Notes: generated from the letters alone by a model not told the origin. Shown: positions 1 to 13,836, numbered from the whole stretch's first letter. The stretch: DNA of 63,908 nucleotides, filler included, from Octopus bimaculoides (GCF_001194135.2; 6 parts of 5 records of this genome joined end to end with filler, not necessarily neighbours in it), one strand, 5' to 3'. Numbers and translations: made by a program.

Positions 1-35
<35 letters not shown>

Positions 36-45
36 TGTATGTATG

Positions 46-76
<31 letters not shown>

Positions 77-348
77 TTATGGATACATACACACTAATGT
101 AAACATTGAAACATATATATATGCAGAGTATATACAAAGGTTCATGTACCTATACATATGTACACGTACGCACACACACACACATTCGCACATAAACACA
201 AGCAAACACACACGTACACAAGCACACACGCACGCACACACATGCATACACCTGACTATTTATCCATATTCCAGCTTCAGTCTTTTGGTAAATTTACCTT
301 TCTACGCGTCCATTTGCAATCTCTCACTTCCCCCCTTTCCCTCTCTCG

Positions 349-392
<44 letters not shown>

Positions 393-1115
393 ATATATAG
401 ATATGTGGGTGTGTGTGTGTCTATGGGTGTCTGTGTGCGCGTGCACGCGTGTGTTTGTGTGTGTGCGCATGTGCATGTATGTATTTATATACTTATATGT
501 TAGTAAATATAGATATATGTGTGTGTGGGTCAAAAGTTCGATATACCTTTACCGCCACGTAGTGTGAAGATTGTGTGCGCACGCGCGCATTTCCTATGGG
601 TATATCAATGCGTTGTAAATGGGTGACTATATGTGTATATATGCGTATACACACATATATACATGGATTTATGTATGTGTGCGTGTGTGTATGTATATAT
701 ATATATATATATATGTACATGCACACACATATATAAACGAGAGAGAGAGAGAGACTATATACCGTGTGTGAATTTCAATGTAGGTGAACTGTACGAGTAT
801 AATTTGTAATGAATAAATGTAAAGAAATGCATAGGTATGTATGTGTGCGTGCGTGTGTGTGTGCATGCGTATCTGTGTGTATATACATACATACATACAT
901 ACATACATATATGTAGGTGGGATGTTTTACTCGCCTAAGGACAAACATTAAGACTTTTCCATTTTTTTTCTTTTCCTTCTTTCTCCCTTTTTAAGAAGCA
1001 CATTAAAAATGGCGGAGACGTTCTTTTCTGCCTAATGGATTAAATGTGTATGCGTGTGTGTGTGTGCGTACACGCGTATACTTTCAGACATGCATACATA
1101 CATACGTACATACAT

Positions 1116-1146
<31 letters not shown>

Positions 1147-1163
1147 ATATATATAATATATAT

Positions 1164-1214
<51 letters not shown>

Positions 1215-1360
1215 ATGTATGTATATATGTATATATGTATGTATGTATGTATGTAAGTATGTATGTATATGTATGTATGTATTATGTATGTATGTCTGTA
1301 TAACTGTATATGTGTGTATATGCATATATTTGTGTATGTGCGCGTGTGTGTGTGTGTGTA
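1..1360. repeat. Compound microsatellite field (TATG, TA, CA, CT, TG)
   Basis: Direct reading. Confidence 0.95.
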
Positions 1361-1620
1361 CACCTACGCGCGTTCGTCTGTGTGGGTGGGCATATAGACT
1401 AATGACTCTCGGATATTTTCCGTTTCAACAGAACTCTCTCTCTCTCCCTTGGACCTCTCTGTTTTTTACATATCACTTAGTTAATTATCAAACTAACCCC
1501 TGGTCCTTCTAATTCCATGAAGGAAATATCACTGCTACATGTGGCTCCTATCTTGCCCCTAATCCCATATCACCACTTCCCATATTTATCTATTTCGCAT
1601 TTATGGACAATTGTTTGCAG

Positions 1621-1739
1621 GTTTCCAGAAAGTCAATGACTGGATCACTGCATTCACGAAAGCAACAGTGGCAAGGGATTCCATGTGCAACTCGAGCGGA
1701 ACAAATATCACAAGGGTGATGTTTAGTATACAACTAACG
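1621..1739 (+). CDS. Candidate exon of an unidentified gene
   Basis: ttgtttgcag|GT acceptor, ACG|gttggt donor; open frame GFQKVNDWITAFTKATVARDSMCNSSGTNITRVMFSIQLT; unique sequence among microsatellites. Confidence 0.4.
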
Positions 1740-1987
1740 GTTGGTCGGTTTTTCTCGACGATGTATGCATTGTGCGATCGCACACTCATACCTCATACAC
1801 ATACGCACACACTCATATATATATGTGTGTGTGTGTGTGTGTGTCTGTGTGTGTGTGTGTCTGTGTGTGTGTGTGTGTGTAATATTTATATGTTTATATA
1901 TACACATATACATGATAGTTGTGCTTTTCTCGTCCACTCGCAAAGAACACAGTAATGCTACAGACAGGTTTATTCTCTGTCTCTCAG

Positions 1988-2053
1988 ACAATGTATAACA
2001 AGAAAAGACAAAAGCAAAAAGGAACCCTTTCTGCCAGCTCTGCTTCTATAGTG
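1988..2053 (+). CDS. Candidate exon of the same unidentified gene
   Basis: Strong sites tttattctctgtctctcag|ACA and GTG|gtaagt; 66 nt phase 0 to 0, TMYNKKRQKQKGTLSASSASIV; in phase with the 1621-1739 exon. Confidence 0.45.
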
Positions 2054-2228
2054 GTAAGTCGTTGGAAGATTCTAGAGAGTTCTACAACTTTCCATTCGAT
2101 TCTATTGGACTGATTCGCATGTCAACCATTTATATTGGACAGGTTTGGATGCTAGCAATCTCCACAACACCACCCCTCCGAAACTGATGCGACACCTGAG
2201 GCATCAACAGCAGCAAAGTCTCTCTCTC

Positions 2229-2291
<63 letters not shown>

Positions 2292-3773
2292 GCTTGGGTG
2301 TTCTCTTGGATCGTATACATATATTCACGTGCACACACAAATGCATATAGGGACATACACTCATACTCACATAGACCCGCATGGCCATATACGTTTCTCG
2401 ATAACTTGTTTAGACAACTGTCAATGTGTAGAAGTGGGCGTTGTATGTGGGTGTGTGTATATATATATGTTTGTGTGTGTATGTGTTAGTGAGTGAGTGC
2501 GTCCGTATGTCGATGTGTTATGTGAAAAAAATGCCAGTGCGTTAAAGCAATTCATAGGAGAACCTGACTTGCTACCTATGTCCATGCCTCGAGGCTACCC
2601 GGGGGATGTTACAGAGTGCTTCACACCAATCATGAAAAGAAAAGTTGGTCATTACAATAATACGAGTGCAGAGTTAATCCTCGCACTGCAGGTTCAAACT
2701 GCAGTGTAGGGAGTTGCTGAAATATGGCAAGCGTTCCGGGAGTTCGTCCAAAAAGTAAACAGACATCGGGGTATCATCCATAGGGAATTTGTTTGTTGAA
2801 CTGGGAGATCGGGTACATTTTTTTTACAGAAGATGCAGGAGACGTTTGAAGAATATAAACAGATGGCCATGGGTGTGTATGCATATGTATGAACACTACA
2901 ATATGCGTGTGTGCACGTGCGTGCGTAGTGCGTGCGTGTGTGTGCGCGCGCGAGTGTGTGTGCGTGTGTGTATGTGTGTGAGTGTGTGTGTGTGTGCGTG
3001 TCCCCGTCCGTGCATGTGTCCCACTTTCAATCTCAAGCAGTACTCATTTGAAATAGAATTCCTCACTTTCCTTTAATGGTCTATTTAGACAATTTGTGAT
3101 CTTTGTTCGTCATATCATTAAAAAATTTTCCTATCTCTAAGAATTATGTTTTTCTGTTGATTTGACATTTTCTCTGGAGCAAACTTATTGCATGATTGTC
3201 TTGCATGATTGTCATAAACTGTTGTAGCTTTATATCAATATCCTGCTTAGACAGACTGGCTGACCGCTTTTGTTCCAGGGTCTATTTCTGAATACCTTTT
3301 CAATTAGCTTTTTGGAAATTTAGGCTGGAAAGAAGTTGTGAGCTTCTAGTAGACTGCATATCTGCAGTTTTCTTTAAACCAGACATTGTTAGGCTCTACT
3401 ATGGTCAGAGAAAATCCTTGGTGGCACTTGAACATTATGGATGAAAGTCACATTATTTGTGAAGCAGAGGTTCAGGACATTTTAACTCTGAATTGGGTGG
3501 GGCACTTTTTGCTCCACGAATAACAAGTTTGTAAGGTTAAATATGGTCTCTGCTTGCATCTGCTCATGCAGTGATATACTTAAGAGAAGATGGACCTCAA
3601 GCCATCATACATATACATACATGCATACATATATATATGTATGCATGTATATATATGTATATATGTATGTGTGTGAGTGTGTCTGTGTGTTTATATACAC
3701 GTATATATGCATACATACGTACATACATACATACATACATACATACATACACACACATACATACATACATACA

Positions 3774-3804
<31 letters not shown>

Positions 3805-4016
3805 CATGTTAGTTATATAATTGTACGTGAGTTCAGTGAGAAAGTATTTCCGTGCAGAAGTGGGCGGCAGCGACGGCGGCGGTGGAGGCGGTGGAGGCGA
3901 TGGGGGTGGGTATCAGTGAGTGAGTGTATTGGTAACTCGGCGTGTTGGGATGTAGGTGTGTTTACGTAGAACGGTTAATGTGTTCAGGTGTATAACAGTG
4001 TGTATGTGTCAGTACA

Positions 4017-4055
<39 letters not shown>

Positions 4056-4865
4056 ATGTGTATGCGTCTGTCTCTTCTTTATATCAATTTATCTGGTAAG
4101 GTAAGGAAATGTACAGGTAGAAAAACAGGTAGACAGACAGGTAGATATACTCATTGATGGACTGATATACGTGAGTGCGTGTGTGTGTATGTATGTGTAT
4201 GAATAATATATANNNNNNNNNNNNNNNNNNNNNNNNNNNNNNNNNNNNNNNNNNNNNNNNNNNNNNNNNNNNNNNNNNNNNNNNNNNNNNNNNNNNNNNN
4301 NNNNNNNNNNNNNNNNNNNNNNNNNNNNNNNNNNNNNNNNNNNNNNNNNNNNNNNNNNNNNNNNNNNNNNNNNNNNNNNNNNNNNNNNNNNNNNNNNNNN
4401 NNNNNNNNNNNNNNNNNNNNNNNNNNNNNNNNNNNNNNNNNNNNNNNNNNNNNNNNNNNNNNNNNNNNNNNNNNNNNNNNNNNNNNNNNNNNNNNNNNNN
4501 NNNNNNNNNNNNNNNNNNNNNNNNNNNNNNNNNNNNNNNNNNNNNNNNNNNNNNNNNNNNNNNNNNNNNNNNNNNNNNNNNNNNNNNNNTATCTATGTAC
4601 GTATATGTACGTAAATATATGAATATACATATGTATATGTATAATGTACGAGATATGTGCATACTTATGCATATGGGTATGTATATATATATGTATATAC
4701 ATATATGTGTGTGAGCGTGTGTGTTAGTGTGTGTGTGTGTGCGCGCGCGCGCGTGGAAAGAAAAAGAGAGTTAAATAGCTTGAGAGAAGAGAAGAGAAAA
4801 AAAAATTGTCTCCTTAGTTATTCTGACGTCAATTCCTACGTTTTGTTGTGGGTGGAAATGTGCGG

Positions 4866-4916
4866 ATGATGATGACGATGATGATGATGATGGGGATGTT
4901 GCTACTGCTGTTGATA

Positions 4917-4952
<36 letters not shown>

Positions 4953-5211
4953 GCGATGACGACGATGATGATGATCGTCATCATCATGATAGTGACTTCT
5001 TTTTATTTGCCATGGGTGGCGGGGTGCCATATGAGGGGGCCACTACAATGACAAGCTGCCTTTTGTTAGGGTTCCGAACAAAATGGGATGAGGCTTTCAA
5101 GGGGATGCTATGTGCCGTATGAGAACCTCCGGCCTGGCCCGATCAAGGAACCTGAGCCAGACACGCGACCTCACCCAACGGTTCTTCTCCAAGTAGTAGT
5201 AGTAGTAGTAA

Positions 5212-5257
<46 letters not shown>
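4866..5257. repeat. (GAT)n and (TAG)n microsatellites
   Basis: (GAT)n ~4866-4985 and (TAG)n ~5192-5257. Confidence 0.95.
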
Positions 5258-5817
5258 TTCAAATTTCGACACAAGGCCAGCAATTCTGTGGGGAGGTGAA
5301 TCTTTTAAAACCCTTGAAATCGCAAATATTACGAAGTTTTAGCGAAATCGTAATTCTCAGTTTATATAAAATTTTGGTAATTATTCAAAATAAATAAAAT
5401 TATCACAAAAATATATTTGTTTCGTTGGGGTTTCAACTAAATCCAAACAACATTTATATTATGGAGGGAGCCAGGTGATGCGGAAATTTCGACGCCATTG
5501 CAATCCAGCTTTGAAACAATCGAAAGCTTTATGTCTCATCTACGCTGCCAATTCTGCTTGCTTATAAAATAGGAAATCTCTAGAAATTCCTAGTTTCAAT
5601 TCTACCTCGAGAGCCAAATTTAGTCTTATTCTATTGTTTTATTTGCTAAGAAACTTTTTGTTATCGAAATATTATCAGACACAACACTAAAAGTAGCATG
5701 GCTCGTTTTATTTGAAAATTCTCTTCAAACTGTTTTGTTTTGTCTTTATTTACAATACACTGCTTTGAACATCTCTCAAATATTTACATAAGCAGTCATA
5801 ATTACACGTTGTCGTAG

Positions 5818-6024
5818 TCTTTGAGAAAAGCAATGATGGAAAGTTCAAGAGGTCGAACGACTGGCACCACCAACACTTTAGAAACGGGAGAAGGTTCTGA
5901 TATTGAACTGACGACCAAAGCTATAAAAGAACTTTGTAAGGACTTTAGCGCCCCAGCTACAAAAGGTCCGCAGTTGGTCGACCAAGGTAAAAACTCCCGC
6001 GACCGTTCATGGAGTCTCGACTGA
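5818..6024 (+). CDS. Candidate terminal exon of an unidentified gene
   Basis: Protein-like open frame SLRKAMMESSRGRTTGTTNTLETGEGSDIELTTKAIKELCKDFSAPATKGPQLVDQGKNSRDRSWSLD*; weak acceptor gtcgtag|TCT. Confidence 0.3.
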   Translation, partial: SLRKAMMESSRGRTTGTTNTLETGEGSDIELTTKAIKELCKDFSAPATKGPQLVDQGKNSRDRSWSLD

Positions 6025-6143
6025 GTCTCGACAACTTTGTGTATTTTTATTCCGATGGTATTAACCAACGATGATCTTTTATGGTCGAAATATTAAAAAG
6101 TAATAATAAATTGCTTCATTTCAAATTGTTAATATTGTCACAC

Positions 6144-6253
6144 CAATATCTCCAAATAAGACTTTTCTCAAGTTCCACATGGAATTTTCTGTCTTTGTTG
6201 TTATCCAAATTCCAAAGATGGAAACCAGCGCGTTCTTCAGAGAAAGAATTTCA
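6144..6253 (-). CDS. Candidate exon, unidentified
   Basis: Pyrimidine-rich acceptor ...tttcccattttctaaaag|T; EILSLKNALVSIFGIWITTKTENSMWNLRKVLFGDI; donor G|gtgtga. Confidence 0.2.
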
Positions 6254-7419
6254 CTTTTAGAAAATGGGAAACCAGTAAGAACAAGCAAATACAAGCATAC
6301 ACAAAGGGATACATAGATCTGTGTGTGTGCGCGTGTGTTTGTGTGTGCACATACACACACACACATGCATATGCATATACACGCAGATATATGCAACTAT
6401 ACACACAGACACATTAGCATACATTAAGATGTATAAACAAATAGATATATACACAAAGATATATAAATACACAAACATACACCCTCGCAAAAAGACATGC
6501 ATAAACACACATACACAAATATACACATACAATAAATATATGCACACACACACATACGGAAATATATGCAAACGTATTGTGCAATTAATAAGAACGGCAT
6601 AAACACACTCATGTTTGTATAAACACACGCACATACATACATTCATACATACACACACATACACATTTATCTACGTGCACACACGCGCGCGCGCACGTAT
6701 ACACTATTTAACTGATTGATTTCGATGTATTGAAAGAGACGTAAACACAGATCGATCCCTGATCGCTTCATCTGTTTTTATCTCATTAAGCGGAGAAGGA
6801 GAATGAGGAGGAGTGTGGTGGTGATGACGATGGAGGTGGGGATGTTAGTGACGGCGGCGGTGGGGATGGCGATGATGTTCTTAGCAATAATATTTGTTTT
6901 TGATGGCAGCGGAGATGAGGCTGCTGTGTTTGTGTCATTAATGTCAGTGGGGGGGGGGTAGTAGTAGTAGCAGTAGTAGTAGTAGTAGTNNNNNNNNNNN
7001 NNNNNNNNNNNNNNNNNNNNNNNNNNNNNNNNNNNNNNNNNNNNNNNNNNNNNNNNNNNNNNNNNNNNNNNNNNNNNNNNNNNNNNNNNNNNNNNNNNNN
7101 NNNNNNNNNNNNNNNNNNNNNNNNNNNNNNNNNNNNNNNNNNNNNNNNNNNNNNNNNNNNNNNNNNNNNNNNNNNNNNNNNNNNNNNNNNNNNNNNNNNN
7201 NNNNNNNNNNNNNNNNNNNNNNNNNNNNNNNNNNNNNNNNNNNNNNNNNNNNNNNNNNNNNNNNNNNNNNNNNNNNNNNNNNNNNNNNNNNNNNNNNNNN
7301 NNNNNNNNNNNNNNNNNNNNNNNNNNNNNNNNNNNNNNNNNNNNNNNNNNNNNNNNNNNNNNNNNNNNNNNNNNNNNNNNNNNNNNNNNNNNNNNNNNGT
7401 GGTTTATTTTAACTTTCAA

Positions 7420-7496
7420 CCGGAAGTGATATCATAGAACTAAAATAAAACCACAGGTCATCTGACCTCCATCTGATTTCCGGTGTTTCCCGCCCC
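7420..7496. promoter_or_regulatory. Possible promoter-like motif cluster
   Basis: CCGGAAGTG (ETS-type) 7420-7428, TTCCGG 7478-7483, CCCGCCCC GC-box 7489-7496. Confidence 0.2.
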
Positions 7497-7961
7497 TTTC
7501 CACCATTGACTTTTAATTAATATTGCTAGATAATTAATAACGATTCCTTGAAGTGTGGCGAGGGAGGTGCCGAGGGATAGCGGGGGTGGCGAGGGATGGC
7601 GGGGAGTGGCGAGGGATGACGAGGGATGGCGGAGTGAAAGAAGGAGAGGTGGGGGTAGGGCGTGTACGGCGCCGGACAAAATGATTTTGTTCATACCTCA
7701 CTGTTGTTGTTGTTGTTGTTGTTTAGCATGCTCCCCCTCCATTCCCAGACTAGCTTTGGTCGACCAAACATAAGACCATTCCGACCATGACCATCACGTC
7801 TTTTTCCTAAACACTGGGGTTAAACAACAACGCAAACATATCCACACACATCTCTCCTCACACACACACACACACAACAGCATATCTTTTTTTTTTCCCG
7901 TCCCACTTAATTTACATTAAATACCTCCAATTAACTATTTCATTAATTAAGCTCTCTCTCT

Positions 7962-8061
7962 NNNNNNNNNNNNNNNNNNNNNNNNNNNNNNNNNNNNNNN
8001 NNNNNTTAATTAATTAANNNNNNNNNNNNNNNNNNNNNNNNNNNNNNNNNNNNNNNNNNNN
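7962..8061. other. Assembly join: 44 N + TTAATTAATTAA + 44 N
   Basis: The same 100-nt structure occurs at 26375-26474, 39706-39805, 52246-52345 and 62040-62139; the linker puts stops in all six frames. Confidence 0.95.
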
Positions 8062-9435
8062 ATATATATATATATATATATATACGGATAGATATATATC
8101 CAGACACGTACACACATTTCATATATGCGTATACGTATGCATATTGGAGTGTATATACATTTACTTACAAACACACCCCTATGCACGTGTATATATGCAT
8201 TTTTAAACATTATGTGGTGTAGCTCTGTGGAGGAAATTAAAATATAAACGAATTCTTATGTATTTAAAAAGCGAGGAAAACAAATAAGTGGTGAACCAGT
8301 TGATGTATCGGTTTACGGTTTGTTCAGCGCTCTTCAGGGAACTCGCAGCCGATATCCATCCCTAAACCTGAAGATGGTATATCTTGCTGTTATATAAAGC
8401 AGTTATAAATTAGGCTAGCATAGCAGTGGATAATTTTACATAAGTGTCCTTTCTTCCATTGAAATCGCTCGAGCAATCAATGCTAGAATAACCTCAAGAT
8501 ATTTTTGCAATTATTATGGCTATTCTTGTCGTTGGTCGTTGTTGTTGGTGTTGTTGCTGTTGTTACTATTGATCTTTGTGATATCATTACAGCGATGTTG
8601 ATGTTTATGCAGTTGAAACACGAATTATCCACCGAGGCGCACTATTCATTAGAAACGATTGAAATAACAGCCAAATCTTCCTCCAATTACTGTTTGTCAT
8701 CTTTTTTTATAAGAAAAAAAAGGCATGACTAATTAGAGGCTTCTCTACATATATAGACAGACGTGATGGTCAAGGATGGAAGTTAGTTAACTATACCTCT
8801 TCTTTATTTGTACCGTTTCAAGACGAAACAACTACAGCGAAAATTCAGGTATATTTCGAATCCAGCACAATTAGAGTTTTAACAGGAAAATATATTAAAA
8901 TAGGCGTTGACAAAATTCGACCTCACCAAAGAATCCATGACAATTGATCGCTAGGATTTCAAATCAGGTGTTATCAATATTTACAAAGAGATATGATAAA
9001 GCCCCGAGCAGTATACAAGTTGCAAGCGACTCGAGTGTCAGACAACTTTTTCCTCGATACCTAATTGTACAAGCCATCCAAAAATTTATACCTAGTTCCT
9101 CTAGGTACGTAGAAATTGATAGCTAGTACCACTATATATGCTAGTACCTATTACAAAATATGGATTTAAAAAATAAGCCAGTTCTACCTAGCTTACCTGA
9201 ACTAGACTCAAAGCTACGTTAAAGGAAAATCTTGTCTAAAGATTTGTTTTGTTATGAGTTCTTAGGTTTTAGAGAATAAAGACAAAGTTTTAGAAAAAGC
9301 ATTCGGGAGGAATAGAAATGATATTAACTAGAAATTGAAACTGGATCTCTACATCTGTGAAACAACGTCATCTTTTCTAACGCAGTCACCAAAATTAATG
9401 AATATTTTCGAACTAGTAACATTAATAGTTATATA

Positions 9436-10318
9436 CAGGTTGTCCAAAAAGTCACTGATGGATTTCAATTTTCAATAATTTCCATAACTTAACAAATAAA
9501 TGCATGAAATTTTGATACAATATAAAGGACAGAATGGCAATTAATATGCACAAGTTAAATTTTGCAACACCATTTCATCACATATGAAAAATGACATCGC
9601 TTAAATGGCAGCCATTTTCGGCTTCGCACGCCCGTGCTCTTTCCAGAACTTGCACCATAACACCCTCAAGAGTTCAGATCCCACTTGTGATTTCTCTATT
9701 GATGTTCTCTTTCAATTGTACCCGGGTCTCCGATTTGTTGACGCAAACCCTCTTTCAGGTATTCCCACAAGAAAAAATCCGGGTTAGTCAAGTTTGGGAC
9801 ACGTGAAGGCCATTCAAAGTAGACCTCATTCATGGTTCCAGCAAGATGGGAGAGCTGCTCACACCGCAAGAGAAGCAATATTGTTTCTACGGCAGTGCTT
9901 TGTCGAGAGAATAATCTCTCGCTACGATAATGTCAACTGGCCTTCACGTACCCCAGACTTGACAAGCCCAGATTTTCTTCTTTTGGGGATACCTAAAAGA
10001 GAGTTTACGTCAACAAAGCAGAGTCCCTGGTGCAACTGAAGAACATCAATAGAGAAATCAGTCAGAAAAGTAGGGTCCGAAATTCTTGAGGGTGTTATGG
10101 TGCAAGTTTTGGAAAGAATACAGGCGTGAGAATCCGAAAATAGCTGCCATTTAAGTGATGTCATTTTTCATATGTGATGTAGTAGTGTTGCAACGTTTGA
10201 CGTGTGGATATTAATTTCTATTGTGTCCTTTATATTGTATCAAAATATCATGCATTTATTTGTAAAGTTAAGGAAGTTATTAAAAATTAAAACCTATCAG
10301 TGAATTTTGGGACACCTG
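9436..10318. mobile_element. Non-autonomous Tc1/mariner foldback element
   Basis: TA|CAGGTTGTCCAAAAAGTCACTGAT... and ...ATCAGTGAATTTTGGGACACCTG|TA terminal inverted repeats with TA TSD; transposase remnants WFQQDGRAAHTA and WPSRTPDLTSPDF on +, and WPSRVPNLTNPDFFLWEYLK on -. Confidence 0.88.
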
Positions 10319-10510
10319 TATTAATAAACCATTCGAAGATCAATGGTTTTGGAACACATCAGTAGATAAATGTTTTTATCTCTAATTTCTGGAATTCATG
10401 CCACATACGGGTTCCATACGTTAATGCTGATGAGTGGAAAAAACGTTTTGTAAAATACTTAATCAGCGCACTTACCAAAAAGCTTTTCAATTTCCTCGGT
10501 TAAAATTTAG

Positions 10511-10575
<65 letters not shown>

Positions 10576-11367
10576 TGTGGGCACATTAAGTTGAAAGATA
10601 GAAAAAATAGTAAATAACTCTTATGTGTTAACAGTTTTGATTGGTTAAAGGAAACCAGAATTTTTTCTGTCTAAAAGCTGAAAATAATCAGAAGTGAAAA
10701 GATAGCCGTAGCTTAAAAAGGAAACCAAAATACAAATATGCCATTTTGTTTAATGTGTACACACGCACTCACTATATGTGTGTGTATGTGACCAAAGTAA
10801 AACTAAGTAGGTAGTCAGCTTCTATTGGTTGAAAATGTCAGGAAAAACCGTTAAACTCATTTGATTGGTTAATAAGAAAAGGAAGCAAAAAATGAGACCA
10901 GAAGAAAAGCATGAAAATAAAAGGGAAAATAAAAGAATAACTAATAGCACGATGTTATTCTTTAGGACTTGACAATTCGATTGAAGTTTAAAGTTTGAAG
11001 GTGATTCTAATAATAAATGGGTTACGAAAATATATTTAACCGTTCTTCAGGCTGTTGGTGCTTTCAGCTTAGATAAACCGAAATAACTTCAGTCCAAACA
11101 TGATGGTTTTTGTATGAATTGCTTTATATTTTCGTTTCTTTTCTACTCTAGCTGATTTCAATAGAGCAGATGATAGTCGCTACAGGAAAACAAATACATG
11201 AATATGGATGATTAAGACAACCAGAAGAGAGCTATAGGTTTCCAAGTCGATAGCAACTAGCACCCAATAGAGACGAGGTCATGAGTTCTTGTTTCCATTC
11301 GACCAGCGTGCATTTTCTATTGTCAAACATTTTTACCTTCCACTTCTGGCTTTCGGGGTAATTTTAC

Positions 11368-11478
11368 CAATGAATTCCTTGTTCCGACATGATTTCTTTT
11401 TTGTTTGGTTGATAAAGCGCCAGATAATTTCGAACCCATTCGATGCAAGGTGCCAAAAGAAGTGTCAATTCTAGTTGT
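11368..11478 (-). CDS. Candidate exon, unidentified
   Basis: Strong acceptor tttttgtttttctcctcag|A; 111 nt frame QLELTLLLAPCIEWVRNYLALYQPNKKEIMSEQGIH; donor TG|gtaaaa. Confidence 0.35.
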
Positions 11479-11697
11479 CTGAGGAGAAAAACAAAAAAAC
11501 GCCACCAGTAACTTAATAACACTATGCAGGTGCAACAACTACGAAACTAGTTCCTAACATATTATGTGAAAACAAAGAGTATTCGTATCTATAGACAACT
11601 AAATTTATTTTCTTAAATTATCTCCTTTTGTGAATTTCTAATAATTGCCGATAGGTTTTATTTCTTCGAGCCTTGAATATGAAGCGCACTTTATTTG

Positions 11698-11744
<47 letters not shown>

Positions 11745-12022
11745 TACATGCTGTATTACTTAATAAAATTGATCATTTCGACTCCCCGAGGAAATAAAAC
11801 TGAAGAAATTATGTAAGTTTATTAATTCTAGTCATTTTTTAAATGATTATATTAACTTGTAACAGTTTTTAATAAAACAATTAAGGGTTTGTCGATGAGT
11901 AACTAAAGAATGACGAATCTCTGGTGTATGTTCGTTTTCTACATTGAATAAGTATATATTTATCAAACATTTAACATCTGAATTTTTTGGACATGTTTAT
12001 TGAAAGCCATGTCATATGAGAA

Positions 12023-12056
<34 letters not shown>

Positions 12057-12644
12057 GTGTATGTGTGTGTGTGTGCGTGCGCGCGAGCATGTAGTTCGGT
12101 GTATGTATATATAATCAGCTTGAAAATGTCTTCTATCAATCCTTGAATATTCATATCAGACTGACAGCATCAATGTTTCCACAATGAAACCGTAATCAAC
12201 TTTTGAATAGCATTGAAGTGAAACATTAATAGAAATTAATTTAATTATTAGGCATTATCTAATTTCTACCTTCAGCTACCATTATTTCAATTTCTATCAG
12301 TTGGAGTTGGATTTAACTGGATATTCCACATCAGCAGTTAAGTTTATTCATAGAATATACGTTACCATGGCATTTATATCACACATCAAATCGACAGTTT
12401 CCCAAAAACTTGATAAATAACGTGTTTTTTTAAAATCCATACAAACCGATTCCATAGGATCAATGCACACAGACCCTAATTTCTAAACAAAGAATTAAGT
12501 AAGCATTGTCAGAAGGTGAGTAAATCCGGTCTAAAAGTATTTCAACCTCCAAACATGACATATATGACTACTTATCCTGAGTGTATGGGTATATATGAAA
12601 CGTACTTCTATGGATATACATATAACAATACATATATCAATTAT

Positions 12645-12707
<63 letters not shown>

Positions 12708-12774
12708 CGGTGCTCTAGTCGGATTCCTTTATAAGAAACATACGTACAATTTTTGTATTAAATATATTTAATAT

Positions 12775-12830
12775 ACAATAATCCCTTGTCTATCACGGTT
12801 GTTACATTCCTGCTAACTGGCAGGTTCTAC
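12775..12830 (+). mobile_element. Tigger/pogo-like TIR fragment
   Basis: TACAATAATCCCTTGTCTATCACGGTTGTTACATTCC resembles Tigger-type termini (TACAGTAATCCCTCG...). Confidence 0.4.
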
Positions 12831-12939
12831 ATGTACATACATGCTGAATGCTTAGCAAAAAGACCATAGCTATTCAAGCACTAGACTACAGAGTGGTAGA
12901 GTAGGACAACTGTACCACTCGACAGAGTAAATTTAGAGA

Positions 12940-13836
12940 ACTTTATTTTGGGACTGTCACGAGAAATGTTCATTCAATCGTTCCAGCCTTGATTTTTGGC
13001 GTAAAATACATTGTTACATTTTAACGCACGAGCGTAGTGGGGAACCGATGAAAATTTCTATGATAACTGCTGATCACGAGATCCTCCTTTATAGCATAGG
13101 TTCACGTTTTCCTTTGAGAAAAAAACTGAGACGGCATTGACTGCTAGAAATTGCCACTAGCCATGTTCACACAACTGTGTCACGTTTAAATATCTTTGTC
13201 ATATGACATTAAAGAACGGGCGCACAACTTACAAAAATGTCTAAAACCTAATCAGGTGATCATCCTCGATCAATCAAAACGTATCCAAAACAAATAATTT
13301 GAACCATTTTCTCCCTAAAAAACAAGACAATTTTTGAAATTCATTCAGAAACAAGGCAGTTACGGCATAGCTCCACGTCTTTCTGTCTCAACATTTGAAA
13401 AGCAGGGAAATCTGTGAAACCGGTTAAGTCTTGAAAAAAATTAAAAGAGAATCTAAACAAGTCCCAGCGCATTATCAACTTCTTTGTTCTAATCACACAC
13501 ACAAACACATATTTAAGATATTTGTATGTATATGTGTGTATACATGCTTATGCATATATTAGTGCGTGTGTATGTGTATACACACATGAACATGTATACA
13601 TATATGGCCACGTAAACATACAGTGGTAAGTCAAAAACTATACACGCTCTTATTTCTGAAATGTCTTAAACTAAAAGCAGGACTTGAACTTATTACATCA
13701 TTTTCGACATAGGCTGCTTTGTGCTTTTCGAAGTACTTCTTCCAATGGACCACAAGCTTGCTTGTTCCATCAGAGAATCTTTTCGGCAGTATACCTAATA
13801 TTANNNNNNNNNNAATATTAGGTATACTGCCGAAAA
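12940..13836. mobile_element. Decayed mariner transposase remnants
   Basis: N-terminal-like mariner sequence on + (~13060-13280). C-terminal-like GILPKRFSDGTSKLVVHWKKYFEKHKAAYVE on - resembles FY.GI..LP.RW.KC....G.YVE. Confidence 0.5.

Noticed and set aside
8006-8017. Recurring TTAATTAATTAA palindrome inside N runs (five sites)
   Set aside because: It is always centred in an exact 44N+12+44N block, so it is an artificial scaffolding linker.
13780-13836. Perfect ~24-bp inverted repeat around a 10-N gap
   Set aside because: It is centred on an assembly gap and cannot be distinguished from an artefact.
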